From Octopus vulgaris (taxonomy: Eukaryota), in contig OX597817.1 in the NCBI GenBank assembly GCA_951406725.2, forward strand, positions 128,960,001 to 129,024,000: 64,000 nt of DNA. The letters are read 5' to 3'. Under the pieces are notes generated by a model. That model had not been told where the DNA came from and made no database searches. It saw nothing but the letters and a program-made list of their open reading frames with translations. Positions within the stretch are counted from its first letter, which is position 1; each line of letters starts with the position of its first letter. The translations under genes and the position numbers were made by a program. Of this stretch, positions 26,193-40,324 are shown one piece after another.

Positions 26193-27186
26193 GACTATAC
26201 ACATTCTTACAAAAATGCATACAGATAGCCATGTTTATCTATAGCCCAGAAGTGGTTTCCGTTTACATAGCATTGGGCTTTTTACTGATATTGGTTTCAA
26301 ATTTTGGCACAAGACCAAGTATGGGGGAGTGTGTAAGACGATTACATGGACCCCAATACTCAGCTGGTGCTTATTTTATCAACCCGATACAATGAAAGGC
26401 GATGTCGACCTCTGCAGCATTTGAAGTCAGAACGGACGAAATGCCGCTAAGCATTTTGGCCGATGTACGTAAGAGTCTGCAAGCTCGCCCACTTGCACTT
26501 TACTAATATCAAATAGAGAACTGTCTTCCCCAGTTGTTAGGGTCTCGGGCAAAATAATGCATTGAGTCTAACGTATTTATTTACTTAAAGTACGTTCTAG
26601 CATTGGTCCCTAGACCTATGACGTGTCCGAGTTTCTGCCCTCTCTGACAAGGATTTCCAGCAACACTTATCTCATATACAATTTTCCAATCCCTGTAACT
26701 CAAAAGTGATCAAAGCATTGCCAGCAACCCTCCTAAGTGCCGACACATCTATGAGGTAACGTAACTTCAATCACATCTATACCGTGGAACAATTACAGCA
26801 ACAAGAGGCTTTTTTTTCAACCAGGACTCACTATAATGGCACAGATTAATTACTATACCTTCCAACTAATTCTTCAAAAATGTAGGTAACGCTATGAACT
26901 TAAGTTCATGTAGGTGCGTACAGTTAAAAGAGAAACATGTCCCATTGCAGTCTTAATAGCACGTACACGAAATAGTACATAAACATGTACAGACAATTAA
27001 TTATATGTGTGACTTTTGTGCGATAAAGAAGATCACTATGCATTCATGTGGCTTTGATACCTTGGTAAGTGTCTTCTGCAACTGCCTCGTGCTGACCAAT
27101 GGTGTGTAAGTGAATTTGGTAGACCGAAGTTTTCAAGAAGTCCATCGTATATATATATATATATATACATAGATATAAATATGTCT

Positions 27187-27235
<49 letters not shown>

Positions 27236-27409
27236 TGTGTGTCCGTCCGTCTACCATCGCTTCACAACTGATGTTGGTATGTTTACGTTTCCGTAACCTA
27301 GACGTTTGGCAAAATGTGAACGATAGAATGTAACAAAATCATGACTGGGATCAATTTGCTCAACTAAACACTTCATTCCAATGACTGAAAGAAGTAAACG
27401 AAGGATATA

Positions 27410-28287
27410 CGAGTTCTGATCCAATAAGTATCCAGACAGTTGCCATATTAACGAACCTAAAGCATGCAAAGTAAAGCCGCTTGTCATAGATTGACCTTGA
27501 ACTCTGCTGTGCATGTGCACTAAGACTTAACATTCTGGCTCACTTCTGTTTACAGCAGTGCTTGGAAGGTGTATAGGTGGTGATTGTCGCATTGACCATG
27601 ACAAAGAGAGTTGTGATGGCGATACCAGCTCAGAGGCTTACGTAAAGTTGCAGAAACTGTATGGAGAGGAGTGTATGAGTCGCACAGAAGTGTACCAGTG
27701 GTTCAAATGTTTCCAAGATGGCTGAAAAATGACGATATCGACGAACATTCTGGGAATCCCCAGCAGAAGTGGGAAAAACATCGCAGATGTGTGTGCAGCC
27801 GTGAGGGGAAATCGTCAAATCACCATCCGTGAGTTATCAGAGGATGTGCAGATTAGTCATGGTTCAGTTGAGTCGATTATGACTGAAGATTTGGATATGA
27901 GATGCGTGTCTGCCGAATTTGTGCCAAAAGTGCTTTCAGCTGGCCAAAAAGACACTTGGGTTTCAGTTGCCCAAGATTTCCTTGCTTGTGTCGACAACAA
28001 TGAAAACTTTTTAAAAACTTTGCGTAGACCTGTGAGCAGGTATCGCCAAGCTTTTGGCAAAATTTGATGCAGATTCTCAGCTCAACTTTCTCTTTCATGG
28101 TCAATGCGACAATCACATGCTACATACATTCCTTCTAATCAGTGGTGAAAACAGTGGAAGTGAGCTAGAACGTTAAAACTTAGTGCACATGCACATCAGA
28201 GTTCAAGATCAATCTGTGCCAAGCGGCTTCACTCTGCTTTAGCCTCGTTACTATAGCAACAATCCGGATACTTATTTACCAGACAAC
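27410..28287. mobile_element. Non-autonomous mariner derivative with ~240-270 bp inverted ends
   Basis: 27410-27650 is a diverged reverse complement of 28016-28287. The interior encodes only HTH/linker sequence (RQITIRELSE..VSAEFVPKVL). The right arm encodes the transposase start ELRICIKFCQKLG on the minus strand. Confidence 0.85.
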
Positions 28288-28315
28288 ACACACACAAACA
28301 CACACATATATATCC

Positions 28316-28770
28316 TTTTCTTTTACTTGTTTCAGTCATTTGACTGCGGCCATGCTGGGACAACGCCTTGAATGGTTCTAGTCGAACAAATCGACCCCAC
28401 GACTTTTATTTTATAGGTCCCTTTTGTCGAACCGCTAGGTTACGGCGGTTCAAATGCACCAACACATACATATATATATATGTGTGTGTGTGTATATGTG
28501 TGTGTATGTATATGTGTGTGTATATATATATATGCATGTTTGTATGTATGTATGTATGTATGTATGCATGTATGCATGTGTGTATGTATGTATGTATATA
28601 TATATATATATATAACGGACATCTTTCTGTTTCCGTCCACCAAATCCACTCACAAGTGGTTCGTCGACCCGAGGCTATAGCAGGAGACACTTGCCTAAGG
28701 TTACCACACAGTGGAACTGAAGTTGGAACCATGTGGTTGGGAAGCAAGCTTCTTACCACAGTCACACCTG
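28316..28770 (-). mobile_element. SINE family A
   Basis: Tail TTTTACTTGTTTCAGTC, internal microsatellite and head CCATGTGGTTGGGAAGCAAGC. Confidence 0.87.
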
Positions 28771-29162
28771 TGAGTGCACATGGCCTAGTGGTTAGAGTAT
28801 CACACACACAATCGCTTCAGATCTTTTTTTTTAACTTCCAAATCAATTATGGTAATCCTTCTATTTTAGTCAATATACAAAGTACCAAATGAAGTACTGG
28901 GAGAAAGGTGATATAATGGATTAAAACCATTGAAGGTGGTGCCCCAATGTGGCCTAGGACTAATAAAAGACATCGGTAAAATAAAAAAAATCTAAAATAT
29001 ATAATGTAAATATAAAAAATGTCTACGAAAAATATAAAAAGGTGAGTGAGTTGTACCTATCATCGGAGATATTTAATAGTTTGTTCAAATAAACAACTAG
29101 CTATCTTCAGACTTGCTACGAACAAATGTTTTGGGGAGGGAAAGAAAAGACAGGAAGAGACA

Positions 29163-29286
<124 letters not shown>

Positions 29287-30133
29287 ATGTGAGAGAGAGA
29301 AAGAGTGAGAAAGAGAGAACGGGAGACGATAAAGAGGGTATATGAGAGGAAGAGAGCACGCAGAAGTGAATATTGAAGACGCGTGGAGGAAAGGAGAAAT
29401 AAAGGAGGAAAGGAATAAACGTTGAAAAGTAAGTGAGAATGTAGGGGTGGGGGAAAGCAAAGTGGCAAAGCAAAGAGCAAAAGGTAAGGAGAAAGAAGGA
29501 GGAGGAGGAGGAGGAGGAGGGAAAATAAAAAAATAAAAAGTACATCATGAAGTGGCAGAGAAAGGAAATGCATATGTGTGTGTATGTGTGTGAGACAGCG
29601 TGCGTGTGTGTTTATGTCTATTTATGTATATATATATATATATATACATATATATACACATATATATATATATACACATACACACATATATATATATATA
29701 TGAGTGTGCGTGTGAAGAACCGAAAAGAGAGAGGGAGAGTGAGAGAGGGAAAATAAGAACGAAGGAGAATGTAGTGAGATGCGCAAAATAAAAGGGAAAA
29801 GCGGAAAAGAAATTATAAGCATGTGAATTTATAATAATAGTCACGTGTGAGCTCGTTTGCGCATGTAAGTCGTTCGTGTTTAGTTACGTTTGTACCCGAT
29901 ACTCTGGATTTTCAGAGCTTTTAAGGGGATAGATAACGGACGTGATGTGTTAATTGTTCCCCTTATACAAATATATACGACTGACTGTAGATTCGTAAAT
30001 GAAAGCAAGTATATATACATATATGTATGTCCGTGTGTGCACACATACACGCACACAAACACACACATACACACATATTTATATATATATAAACGCACAA
30101 ATGCTTATCTTCTCTTCCCTTGATTTTTCTTTT

Positions 30134-30367
30134 GTATCCGACAAAGGACTATATCCGAAGCGTTATACTTGTACTCCATAATTTCTTCCCTTCTTTGAAT
30201 GACAACCCTGTATTATTAACCGTGAAAGTCACATGGGCTTTAGTTACTTTTAGTATTTGATTATCTTTATTCCTGGTGTTTGGTTTGCTTCTCTTTCCTG
30301 AGCGCCTAATAATAATACTTTAATTGTTCCACGTGTTGTTGTTTTTTCTGTTTTCCCGTTTGGATTA

Positions 30368-30369
<2 letters not shown>
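30134..30369 (+). ncRNA. Degenerate paralogue of the 19700 hammerhead element
   Basis: GTAT-CCGACAA-aGGA-ctata-TCC-GAAG-CGTT-ATAC. Same architecture with different stems and the same TTCCTGAGCG...TTTGGATTAAC tail. Confidence 0.5.
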
Positions 30370-30400
<31 letters not shown>

Positions 30401-30402
<2 letters not shown>

Positions 30403-30557
30403 GATGGTCTTCTTTCAGTTTCCGTCTACTAAATCCACATACAAGTCTTTGGTCGACCCGAAGCTATAGCAGAAGACACTTGTTCAAGATGTCATGCAGT
30501 GGGAGTGAACCCGGAACCATGTGGTTGGGAAGCAAGCTGCTTACCACACAGCCACGC
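30401..30557 (-). mobile_element. SINE family A head, truncated at its microsatellite
   Basis: Aligns to 5340-5497. Confidence 0.87.
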
Positions 30558-30668
30558 ACATACATACATGCATACATACATACATACATACATACATACA
30601 TACATACGTACGTACGTACATACGTACATACATACATACATACATACATACACACATACATACATACA

Positions 30669-30699
<31 letters not shown>

Positions 30700-31139
30700 T
30701 CTACAGAACTTTACAAGACTCGGTATCAATATTTAAGCGTTATCTAATCCAAATAAAGTTATCTGTGAAGAAAAACCGACCAAGACCAATGTAAGTGATC
30801 TCCACAAACAATGAATCCACAAGCTGGTTCCACTTTGCAAAAATGAAGGACAACTCAGGAAAACGAGGCTAGGATTTATGAAACTCATAATCAACTTAGC
30901 AAATGTGTATTCCACTTATCAGCTGTCAAACGGATATCATCACACACACATATTTGTTCTTAATACACACTGGCAGATTCGAAAGCGAATATTTCATCAC
31001 AGCTGTTTTCCTTCATCGGAGAACATCTCTCTTCAGACGATGTGCGCTCATAACACACTCCTCCCCTCCCATTTCCGACTGACTAACAGATGCAAAGATC
31101 TGATAGTCGTTGAACAAGGGGACCAGTGCTTGTGTATTG

Positions 31140-31840
31140 GAAATCCCTAGCTTGGCAGTTCCATCGGGGATGTGGGGGCACTGCCGGTTCGAAATGAACT
31201 CTACAGGCACGGAGGTGCTGTCAGACGGACCTGCCTGAGATGCGCGCAGAGCGACGAAACGGTACTGCACGCCCTCGTCCAGTATCCGTGCATTAATCAC
31301 AAGTGGAGTTATGTTGAACAGCTGTTATTACGTGTAGGACGGATCCGGCTACCGGCCAAGTCCATCCACCACCTTCCATTCGCACGAAAGGGCGGACAAT
31401 TTTCCTCTGTCTGATAGCAGTAGCGAAAGAGGTTGTATGATAGACCAGGTTGAAAGCACTAAAGACAGACACTTTTCACTTTGGCCAATCCCTCATTACC
31501 TTTTTCAAATTTCACTTGGCAAGGAAGATGAGGGTTGAGAGAAAAGTGCATCTCCACCCCCAGTACATTTGCTAAAACGTAGGTGAATGTAGCGAAAATG
31601 GCTCGTGTGAGTGGACCTGCTCTAATAAAGCGCCTGTAGACTAGTGAATTTGAGAAAGAAAAGGGTAACCTTCTCGGATGCCCACGAAGCGTCGAGTGTT
31701 TCAGGAATGCTGGTGTGACTGAGTCAACCCCAGGTGGTTACCCCTCTATTGGGGAACTTTCATTGTTATATCCTTTTTGTTTGATATTATTGTTATTGTG
31801 TCAAATCCCCACTGTCCACGTCTACTGTATTGTCCCCTAT
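31140..31840 (+). mobile_element. L1/Tx1-like LINE 3' fragment (zf-RVT region)
   Basis: ALPVRNELYRHG..CLRCAQSDETVLHALV, a C-x2-C..ET..H zinc knuckle. Downstream frame is broken. Confidence 0.75.
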
Positions 31841-31852
31841 ATGTCGGCCCTC

Positions 31853-33140
<1,288 letters not shown>

Positions 33141-33836
33141 AGTATAAAGAATTCTTACTGTTGCCATCGTCGATGTTGTTGTTGATGATGATGATCAGCA
33201 TTATCCTGATGATGATCGTCATCATGATCATGGTGATGATGATGATGATGATGACGATGATGGTGATGTCGCTAAAATTGCTTTCGTATTTCTTTCTTTT
33301 GCAATTTCAACCAATTTGATTGCATTTGTTATATATGACGCGAATGTTAAGAAAGGTATATTGTGTGCATTTCGATATATAATTGCATTGTTCAGTCAAC
33401 ACTAGATTCTACTGGACGTGTTGCAAACAATCACTGACTCCTAAGCAACAATGCTTTCTTCCAGTGCTAACAAGAAATAGACTCAATCAAAACTTTTTGC
33501 TGCTTTATTATTTTTTTTTCTTGGAGGAAATATAAATCTTTTGGGCTTCATTTTATAATTTTTGTGGTTTATATGTATATGGATGTATGCATATTCTTTT
33601 TTATTCGTATTTTACTTAAAACATCTCTGAATATGTTAATGTTCGTGTGTGCTTATACAAATCTGAGAATTAGAAAATGAAATTTTAAGAGGGAATGTGA
33701 CCTAGACACAGAAAGCCAAAGACAGACGAGCAGAGAGGCTAAAGTATGTATGTGTGTGTGTGTGTGTGTGTGTGTGAGTAACCATATATTTATATAAATA
33801 AATAAGGACGTATCTATTTAAATATGTATAACTGTA

Positions 33837-33886
<50 letters not shown>

Positions 33887-34194
33887 CCAGGATTTTTCTC
33901 CCCACCCCCGGCTTATACATACATAACTTTTACCTCGTTATAAAAATAAGCTAAAAGTTTTTATTTTTCATTCCCTTCGAAAATTGCTCTTAAAAGTGGT
34001 TTTGGTCGTTTTGACTGCTTCTTCTAGCGTATAAAAATTACCTGTTAAAGGTAGTTTTCTCTTGTGTTTAAATGTACACTATTTTGTATTGAGAAGATGT
34101 TGTCTATTGACTTTTTATACATGCTAGGCCACTAGTGGTGAAATTTCTGGGAATATTCACTACCCTGTATATATCTTACGTATATATATATATT

Positions 34195-34599
34195 TTTTAC
34201 TCTTTTACTCTTTTACTTGTTTCAGTCATTTGACTGCGGCCATGCTGGAGCACCGCCTTTAATCGAGCAACTCGACCCCAGGACTTATTCTTTTGTAAGC
34301 CCAGTACTTATTCTATCGGTCTCTTTTGCCAAACCGTTAAGTGACGGGGACATAAACACGCCAGCATCGGTTGTCAAGCAATGCTAGAGGGACAAACACA
34401 GAAACCCAAACATATACACACACACATACATATATACGACAGGCTTCTTTCAGTTTCCGTCTACCAAATCCACTCACAAGGCATTGGTCGGCCCGGGGCT
34501 ATAGCAGAAGACACTTGCCCAAGATGCCACGCAGTGGGACTGAACCCGGAACCATGTGGTTGGTTAGCAAGCTACTTACCACACAGCCACTCCTGCGCC
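34195..34599 (-). mobile_element. Full-length SINE family A
   Basis: Complete head to (GTAAAAGA)n tail. Confidence 0.92.
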
Positions 34600-34675
<76 letters not shown>

Positions 34676-34677
34676 TG

Positions 34678-34711
<34 letters not shown>

Positions 34712-34759
34712 TGTATGTATGTATGTATGTATGTATGTATGTATGTATGTATGTATAAA

Positions 34760-34965
34760 CCGGGGGTGCAGAAAAATTCTGGCTTTAGATAAAAGAGAAT
34801 ATAGGAGGATCAGTTAATTATGATTTTATTCAATATATTCTCTCTCGGATTCTCAAACAGTGGTCCTTCAGTTTTTCTAAGCCCTTTAAAAAAAGACCCC
34901 GAAAGTTAGAGCCTCCAGCAAGGCTTTTCGCGATACTCTTAAAGATAGGAAGTTTCAGTACACCT
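34760..34965 (-). mobile_element. Mariner 3' end remnant, related to 49101-49270
   Basis: Shared AGGAGGATC..TTAATTATGATTTTATTCAA block. Minus strand KGLEKLKDH..EYIE*. Confidence 0.6.
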
Positions 34966-35401
34966 TGGTTGTTTACGTTCATGTAACATAGCTGTTCGGC
35001 AAATGAAACCGATAGAATAAGTACCGGGTTTAAAAAAATATACTGGAGTCGATTGCTCCGACTAAAAATTCTTCAAGGCTGTACTGTATAACGACTGGAA
35101 CTAGTAAAAGATAAGATTCATACATATATATATATATATGTGTGTGTGTGTCTTTTGTATATAGTGGAGGCGGGTGGCTTAGTGGTTAGGGTGTTGGAGT
35201 CATGATCGTCATATTCTGGACCGGACGACGCGTTGTGTTGTTGAACAAAACACTACATTTCAAGTTGCTCTAGTCCACTTAGCTGGCAAAAATGAGTAAT
35301 CCTGAGACGACCCGGCCCTTGTACATAAATGCAAAACAAGGTGGAAAAAATAGTGCACGAATACCGAAGCTTTATTAATAAAGCTACAAAAACATCACAT
35401 A

Positions 35402-35443
35402 AACTGCTACTCAGAGTTTCACTTTCCCATTCGTCGGGCAGTT
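35402..35443 (-). ncRNA. Minimal hammerhead-like motif (CCGACGA)
   Basis: Reverse complement: AACTGC-CCGACGA-atgggaaagt-GAAA-CTCtGAG-TA-GCAGTT. Perfect 6-bp stem I, quasi-palindromic stem III, GUA triplet, weak stem II. Confidence 0.65.
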
Positions 35444-35649
35444 GTGATAAAAAATTGAATATATATATATATATATATGGGCTGCTCCCTTAGCCAGCGA
35501 GGTGGCGTCATTTGAAGGCTAAAACATTATGAAGCGCATTGTGACCAGCGATGTGTAGCAACATCTGATAGCCTGGTCGGTGACGGTGACGGTGATATAT
35601 ATATATGTATGTATACCTTCTTAAGAATGGTACACCATCCATGCATTGC

Positions 35650-36110
35650 CACTACAATTATCACCACCACCACCACCCTGGATACTACATGCGGTCACTA
35701 GATATAGAATCTTCGATCCGCGAGATTTTGCGCCAATCTTCGGAAGACTCGAACTCTGCTTATCTGCAAGACGGCCTGGATTAGGAGGCGAAATTGCTAT
35801 GTTGAAGGAAGGTCTGGATCTCGTGACACGTATCATCTTGAACGCTGTAAGTTGCAGGTACTTGATGTGCCAGTATCGAAAACTAGTAGCTGTATATGTC
35901 CCAACCGGGGCCGGGCCATCATATTTTTGTAGACGTCGCAGTATTTCCTGGGATTATCCTGTTCCTCAGTGCAAGTGAGTGATTTGAACAATATTCTAGC
36001 TGCACTCTTTGACAGCGTGACTTTAGCCGATGGAAAATGGTGCGCAATAACCCCATATGTCTGCTCAGACAGTTCCAGCTGGCTGATAAATTCCGACTGC
36101 TTCTTCTGAA
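35650..36110 (+). mobile_element. Decayed L1/Tx1-like APE endonuclease remnant
   Basis: GGEIAMLK and LVAVYVPTG resemble the GGVAIL and LVNVYAP motifs. Confidence 0.4.
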
Positions 36111-36406
36111 GAAGCCACTGTGATATACGTATATATGTATTTATGTGTGCATTTATGACCGCGGAAATATGCGACTTACAGTGATTCTAAGTCGTGCTTT
36201 TGATTCCTAAACCGAGCAGCAAGCTGCCGACTTTAGGAAGACGCTTTATTTTATTGCAGTTTTATAAATCTAAATTGAAAATAAGTACCGATCTAGTACT
36301 AATGCAGCCCTCCTCTCTCTCTCTCTCTCATTCTATCTTTCTTCCTCTCGCTCTCCCTCTTTCTCTCTCCCTGTCTCTCCCTCCTCCCCTCTCTCTCTCC
36401 TTAGCT

Positions 36407-36813
36407 CTACTATATGGCTCAGAAACCTGGACGTTATCAAAGAAGCTTGAGAGGCGGTTGGATGGAACCTACACTCGCCTCCTTATGAGAGCTTAAAATC
36501 TCTCGTGGAAGCGCCATCCAACCAAAATGCAAACATATGGGAAACTACCACCTGTGTCATCTCTTGTGAAAGGTAGGAGAGTCCAGTTTGCTGGACATTG
36601 TTGTAGAGCTGAAAAAGAAGTAATTTCTACTCTTCTCCTCTGGAAGCCATCTACTCGCAATACCAGAGGGCGCACACTCTCCTACCCTTATGTAATCTCC
36701 AGGGATACAGGCATCCAGCAACAGGACCTCCGTAATGCCATGATGGACCGTGAAGTCTGGCGTAGCATGGTAAATTCCATTGTCTCGACACGGTCGAACA
36801 ATGATGATGATGA
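36407..36813 (+). mobile_element. RTE-clade LINE 3' end
   Basis: LLYGSETWTL..RRLDGTYTRLL, RRVQFAGHCCR and MMDREVWR, followed by a (GAT)n tail. Confidence 0.9.
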
Positions 36814-37744
36814 TTAGCTCACACATCATGGCTCGAATGTTGGTTCAAAGGGGATCTATGTTTGCGATTACATAAGCACTTACTACATTTAATGAGAATA
36901 TGATTCATGCAAGCAAATTACACTCGCTTACGAGTGACGGCTACGCTTTTACACCTACCCACACGCACATACACACAAACACACACGCCACACATCTGTA
37001 CGTAGTGGACTTATGTCTGTGTCAGTGTGTGGAAAAGCTGGTGTATGTCCAAGCATGCGCGCGCTCTTTTTATAATGGAAAATAAACGGCAATTCTTTAT
37101 TATTAGTTTCATTATTTTTCATCTGCCTGATAGTTATTATTTTTCTTTACACGTTTCAGGAGCTGAAAATTGAGGGTGATAACAACAAAATTGTATAGTC
37201 GTCGAGTTCTAATTTAAGTAAATCCTTCGAATATTGTGTATGAGGGGTGTTGTGAATTCGACTTGGTATTGTTACATTCCCGCAGACAAAAGCAATGAAT
37301 TTTCACAGAGAAAGTACAAGACAAATCTCTCTTTCTCTCTCTATCCTCCTCCTTCTCTATGTCTCTGTCTGTCTCTCTCACCCTCCCCCCCTCTCTCTCT
37401 CTAACCTGTCTGTCTATTGGGGCTAAGGACACGAGAAATATATAAGAGAAATATAAAATGGCATTTGAAATGACATATACGAGACTAAGGAATTTCGTGA
37501 GAAATAGATAAAAAGTAAAGGAAAATAAAACGTTAAACAATGAAAATAAAAATATACAGTCATACCAATACTAATACTACTACAAATAAAAATCACCGCC
37601 GTCAAACTGTCATCCCAAAATTTTATCCTGAAAAAAATTAAAATTTTGTGAGCACACATATAGGTATTTATGTAATTTTCTATGTAAGTACAAGCACGCA
37701 TACACATACGCATACACACAATGTATATATATGTATATATATTC

Positions 37745-37832
<88 letters not shown>

Positions 37833-37941
37833 GGAAAATTCACAAAAAACAAAAGACAAAGACAGGTGGTGTAGAAAACAAACATGACATTTTGACTGCG
37901 GTTATTATTATTTGTAGCATATATATATATATATATATATT

Positions 37942-38093
37942 CGACGGGCTTCTTTCAACTTCCGGCCACAAAATCAACTCACAAAGCTTGGTCGGCCCTG
38001 GGCACTAGTAGAAGACACTTGCCCAAGGTACCACACAGTGAGACAGAACCCGGAACCATGTGGTTGAGTAGCAAGCTTCTTACCACATACCCA

Positions 38094-38097
<4 letters not shown>
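37942..38097 (-). mobile_element. SINE family A head
   Basis: Aligns to 5340-5497. Confidence 0.85.
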
Positions 38098-38164
<67 letters not shown>

Positions 38165-38528
38165 TTATGCATACACACGCACATATATATATACACACAT
38201 ATATATACGAATATATATATGCATACATATACATATATAGTTCTACATATATGCACTTATAACTGTACAACCGCTTATATACGCGTGTACAAATATGCAT
38301 ACACACACTAATGAGTACAGAAACGAAACAATCAGCACTCAGCACCTTTGGTTACAGTTACATGCATATAATATCAGTTTTATTCACTTTCACATTATTT
38401 AAAGGAATGCGGGGCTGAGTCGCACTACTATTTAGTAGAAGTGATTCCAAATAAGGTTTAAGTGCTACTTTCTTTTGTTCATTCACTCAAGTCTACCCTC
38501 ACTCACTCACTCTATCTATCTATCTAAA

Positions 38529-38582
<54 letters not shown>

Positions 38583-38590
38583 CTTATGTA

Positions 38591-38646
<56 letters not shown>

Positions 38647-38892
38647 TCAGATTGGAGCAGTTTCGAGTATAACCAGCCGAAACTGCAAAGATAATCTGGA
38701 ACTCGACTGACGAAAGAAAACTCCGAATGACCCATCCTTGTTTTTTCTTTCTGTTTTTGTTTCATCTGTCTGGATGTCTTGTCGCCTGTTGCGTTCTTGT
38801 CCCATTTTTTATATATATATTTAAGGTCTTGATAGGGTATAAAGTTAGGGTATTAGGGTATTTCCAGAGAAGCACTCGACACGAAAACTGGG

Positions 38893-38942
38893 CTACAAAC
38901 ACTGTTTGGTTCCGGTCCAAAGCCGGAATTCTTCAGATGCAG
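38893..38942 (-). ncRNA. Hammerhead-like motif with GAAA changed to CAAA
   Basis: Reverse complement: CTGCAt-CTGAAGA-aTTCCGG-ctttgga-CCGGAAc-CAAAC-agt-GTT-TGTAG. Confidence 0.5.
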
Positions 38943-39052
38943 AGAATCAAAGTTTCCCGATGATTCTACGGTAAAGAGGGTTTGGCGAAGTGTAAGTAAT
39001 CCAGATGATAAGAAGACAAAGGAAATTCTTTAACACATCTTTAACGATTCTT

Positions 39053-39137
39053 TACAGTTGTTTCTGTACCAGCACTATTTGCAACGACAGTTTACATAAT
39101 GTTTGTGGTTTTACAAGATAGCCAGGCACTTCATCAG
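39053..39137 (-). ncRNA. Hammerhead-like core with long stem II
   Basis: Reverse complement: CTGATGA-aGTGCCTGGCTAT...ATAGTGCTGGTACa-GAAAC-aact-GTA. Stem I is poor. Confidence 0.45.
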
Positions 39138-39204
39138 ACTTGCATCAAAGGTGAGCAAACACATTGTGCCAAATCGTAAACAATACGTAAACTGGCGTTG
39201 TAAT

Positions 39205-39461
39205 GATCGCGGTTTCGATTCTCAGACCGGGCGTTGTGAGTGTTTATTGAGCGAAAACACCTAAAGCTCCACGAGGCTCCGGCAGGGGGGGGGGTGACGG
39301 TCCCTGCTGTACTCTTTCGCCCCAACTTTCTCTGACTCTTTCTTCTGTTGGCCTGCTCGCTTAGCCAGCAGGGTGGCGTCATTTGAAGGCTAAAAACAAT
39401 GCGAAGCGCATTGTGACCAGCGATGTGTAGCAACATCTGATAGCCTGGTCGGTCACGGTGA
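39205..39461 (+). mobile_element. SINE family B, 5'-truncated
   Basis: Aligns to 1432-1690. Confidence 0.9.
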
Positions 39462-39580
39462 TATATATATATATATATTTTTTTTTTAATCAATTTAGGG
39501 TAGCAAAAAATTCAATAGAAATTTATCGCTACCAGCGGCCTAGTGGAAAAGAGAAAATAGGCAAAGACTAAAATATATAA

Positions 39581-39846
39581 ATATAACAATTTAGGAGTGG
39601 CCTTAACAGGCCATTTGTCCACTAGAGAGAGCAGCCAGAACTCAAACCGCCAAGCATTAGTAATTCAGAAATTAGGTGAAAATTTAAAAACGTTTACCCT
39701 AATTCATCTTTTAGATGTCTAAAAGATGAATTAGGGTAAACGTTTTTAAATTTTCACCTAATTTCTGAATTACTAATGCTTGGCGGTTTGAGTTCTGGCT
39801 GCTCTCTCTAGTGGACGAATGGCCTGTTAAGGCCACTCCTAAATTG

Positions 39847-39852
<6 letters not shown>
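39581..39852. repeat. Near-perfect 272-bp palindrome
   Basis: 135-bp arms around a 2-nt centre (TTAGA-tg-TCTAA at 39711-39722). One T/C difference seen. Confidence 0.97.
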
Positions 39853-39893
<41 letters not shown>

Positions 39894-40139
39894 CAAAAAT
39901 GCTAGTTCTAAAATCTCTTAAGAGATCAACGCAGTAGTTGTACTAACAAGTAATGTTTGTTGCAAAATCAGCGACTGTATGTCGCTTCAATTTATACATA
40001 TTGCGAGCAGACGTGAGCTACTGTCATATCTAGCGGACGAGATGTCCTCTTGAGGTTAAAAAATCGGAACAGTCGTGTTGGTGTGACTACGAACTTCACT
40101 TATCCATTAAACTGAAAAATTAATATTTTTTCATAGCTG

Positions 40140-40183
40140 ACAATAACTTCAAAGTTTCGGCCTGCTTTCCTTCGTCGGACTGT
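40140..40183 (-). ncRNA. Minimal hammerhead-like motif (CCGACGA)
   Basis: Reverse complement: ACAGT-CCGACGA-aGG-aaagcagg-CC-GAAA-CTTtgAAG-TT-ATTGT. Stems I and III pair. Confidence 0.6.
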
Positions 40184-40275
40184 GAAACAATTTAGTTCAT
40201 CCTAGCTATACATACTCTCTACTAATTTTTTTCTTTTTCCATTAGTTGGTTGGTTTCCCAACCTCTAACCCTCAC

Positions 40276-40321
<46 letters not shown>

Positions 40322-40324
40322 ATA

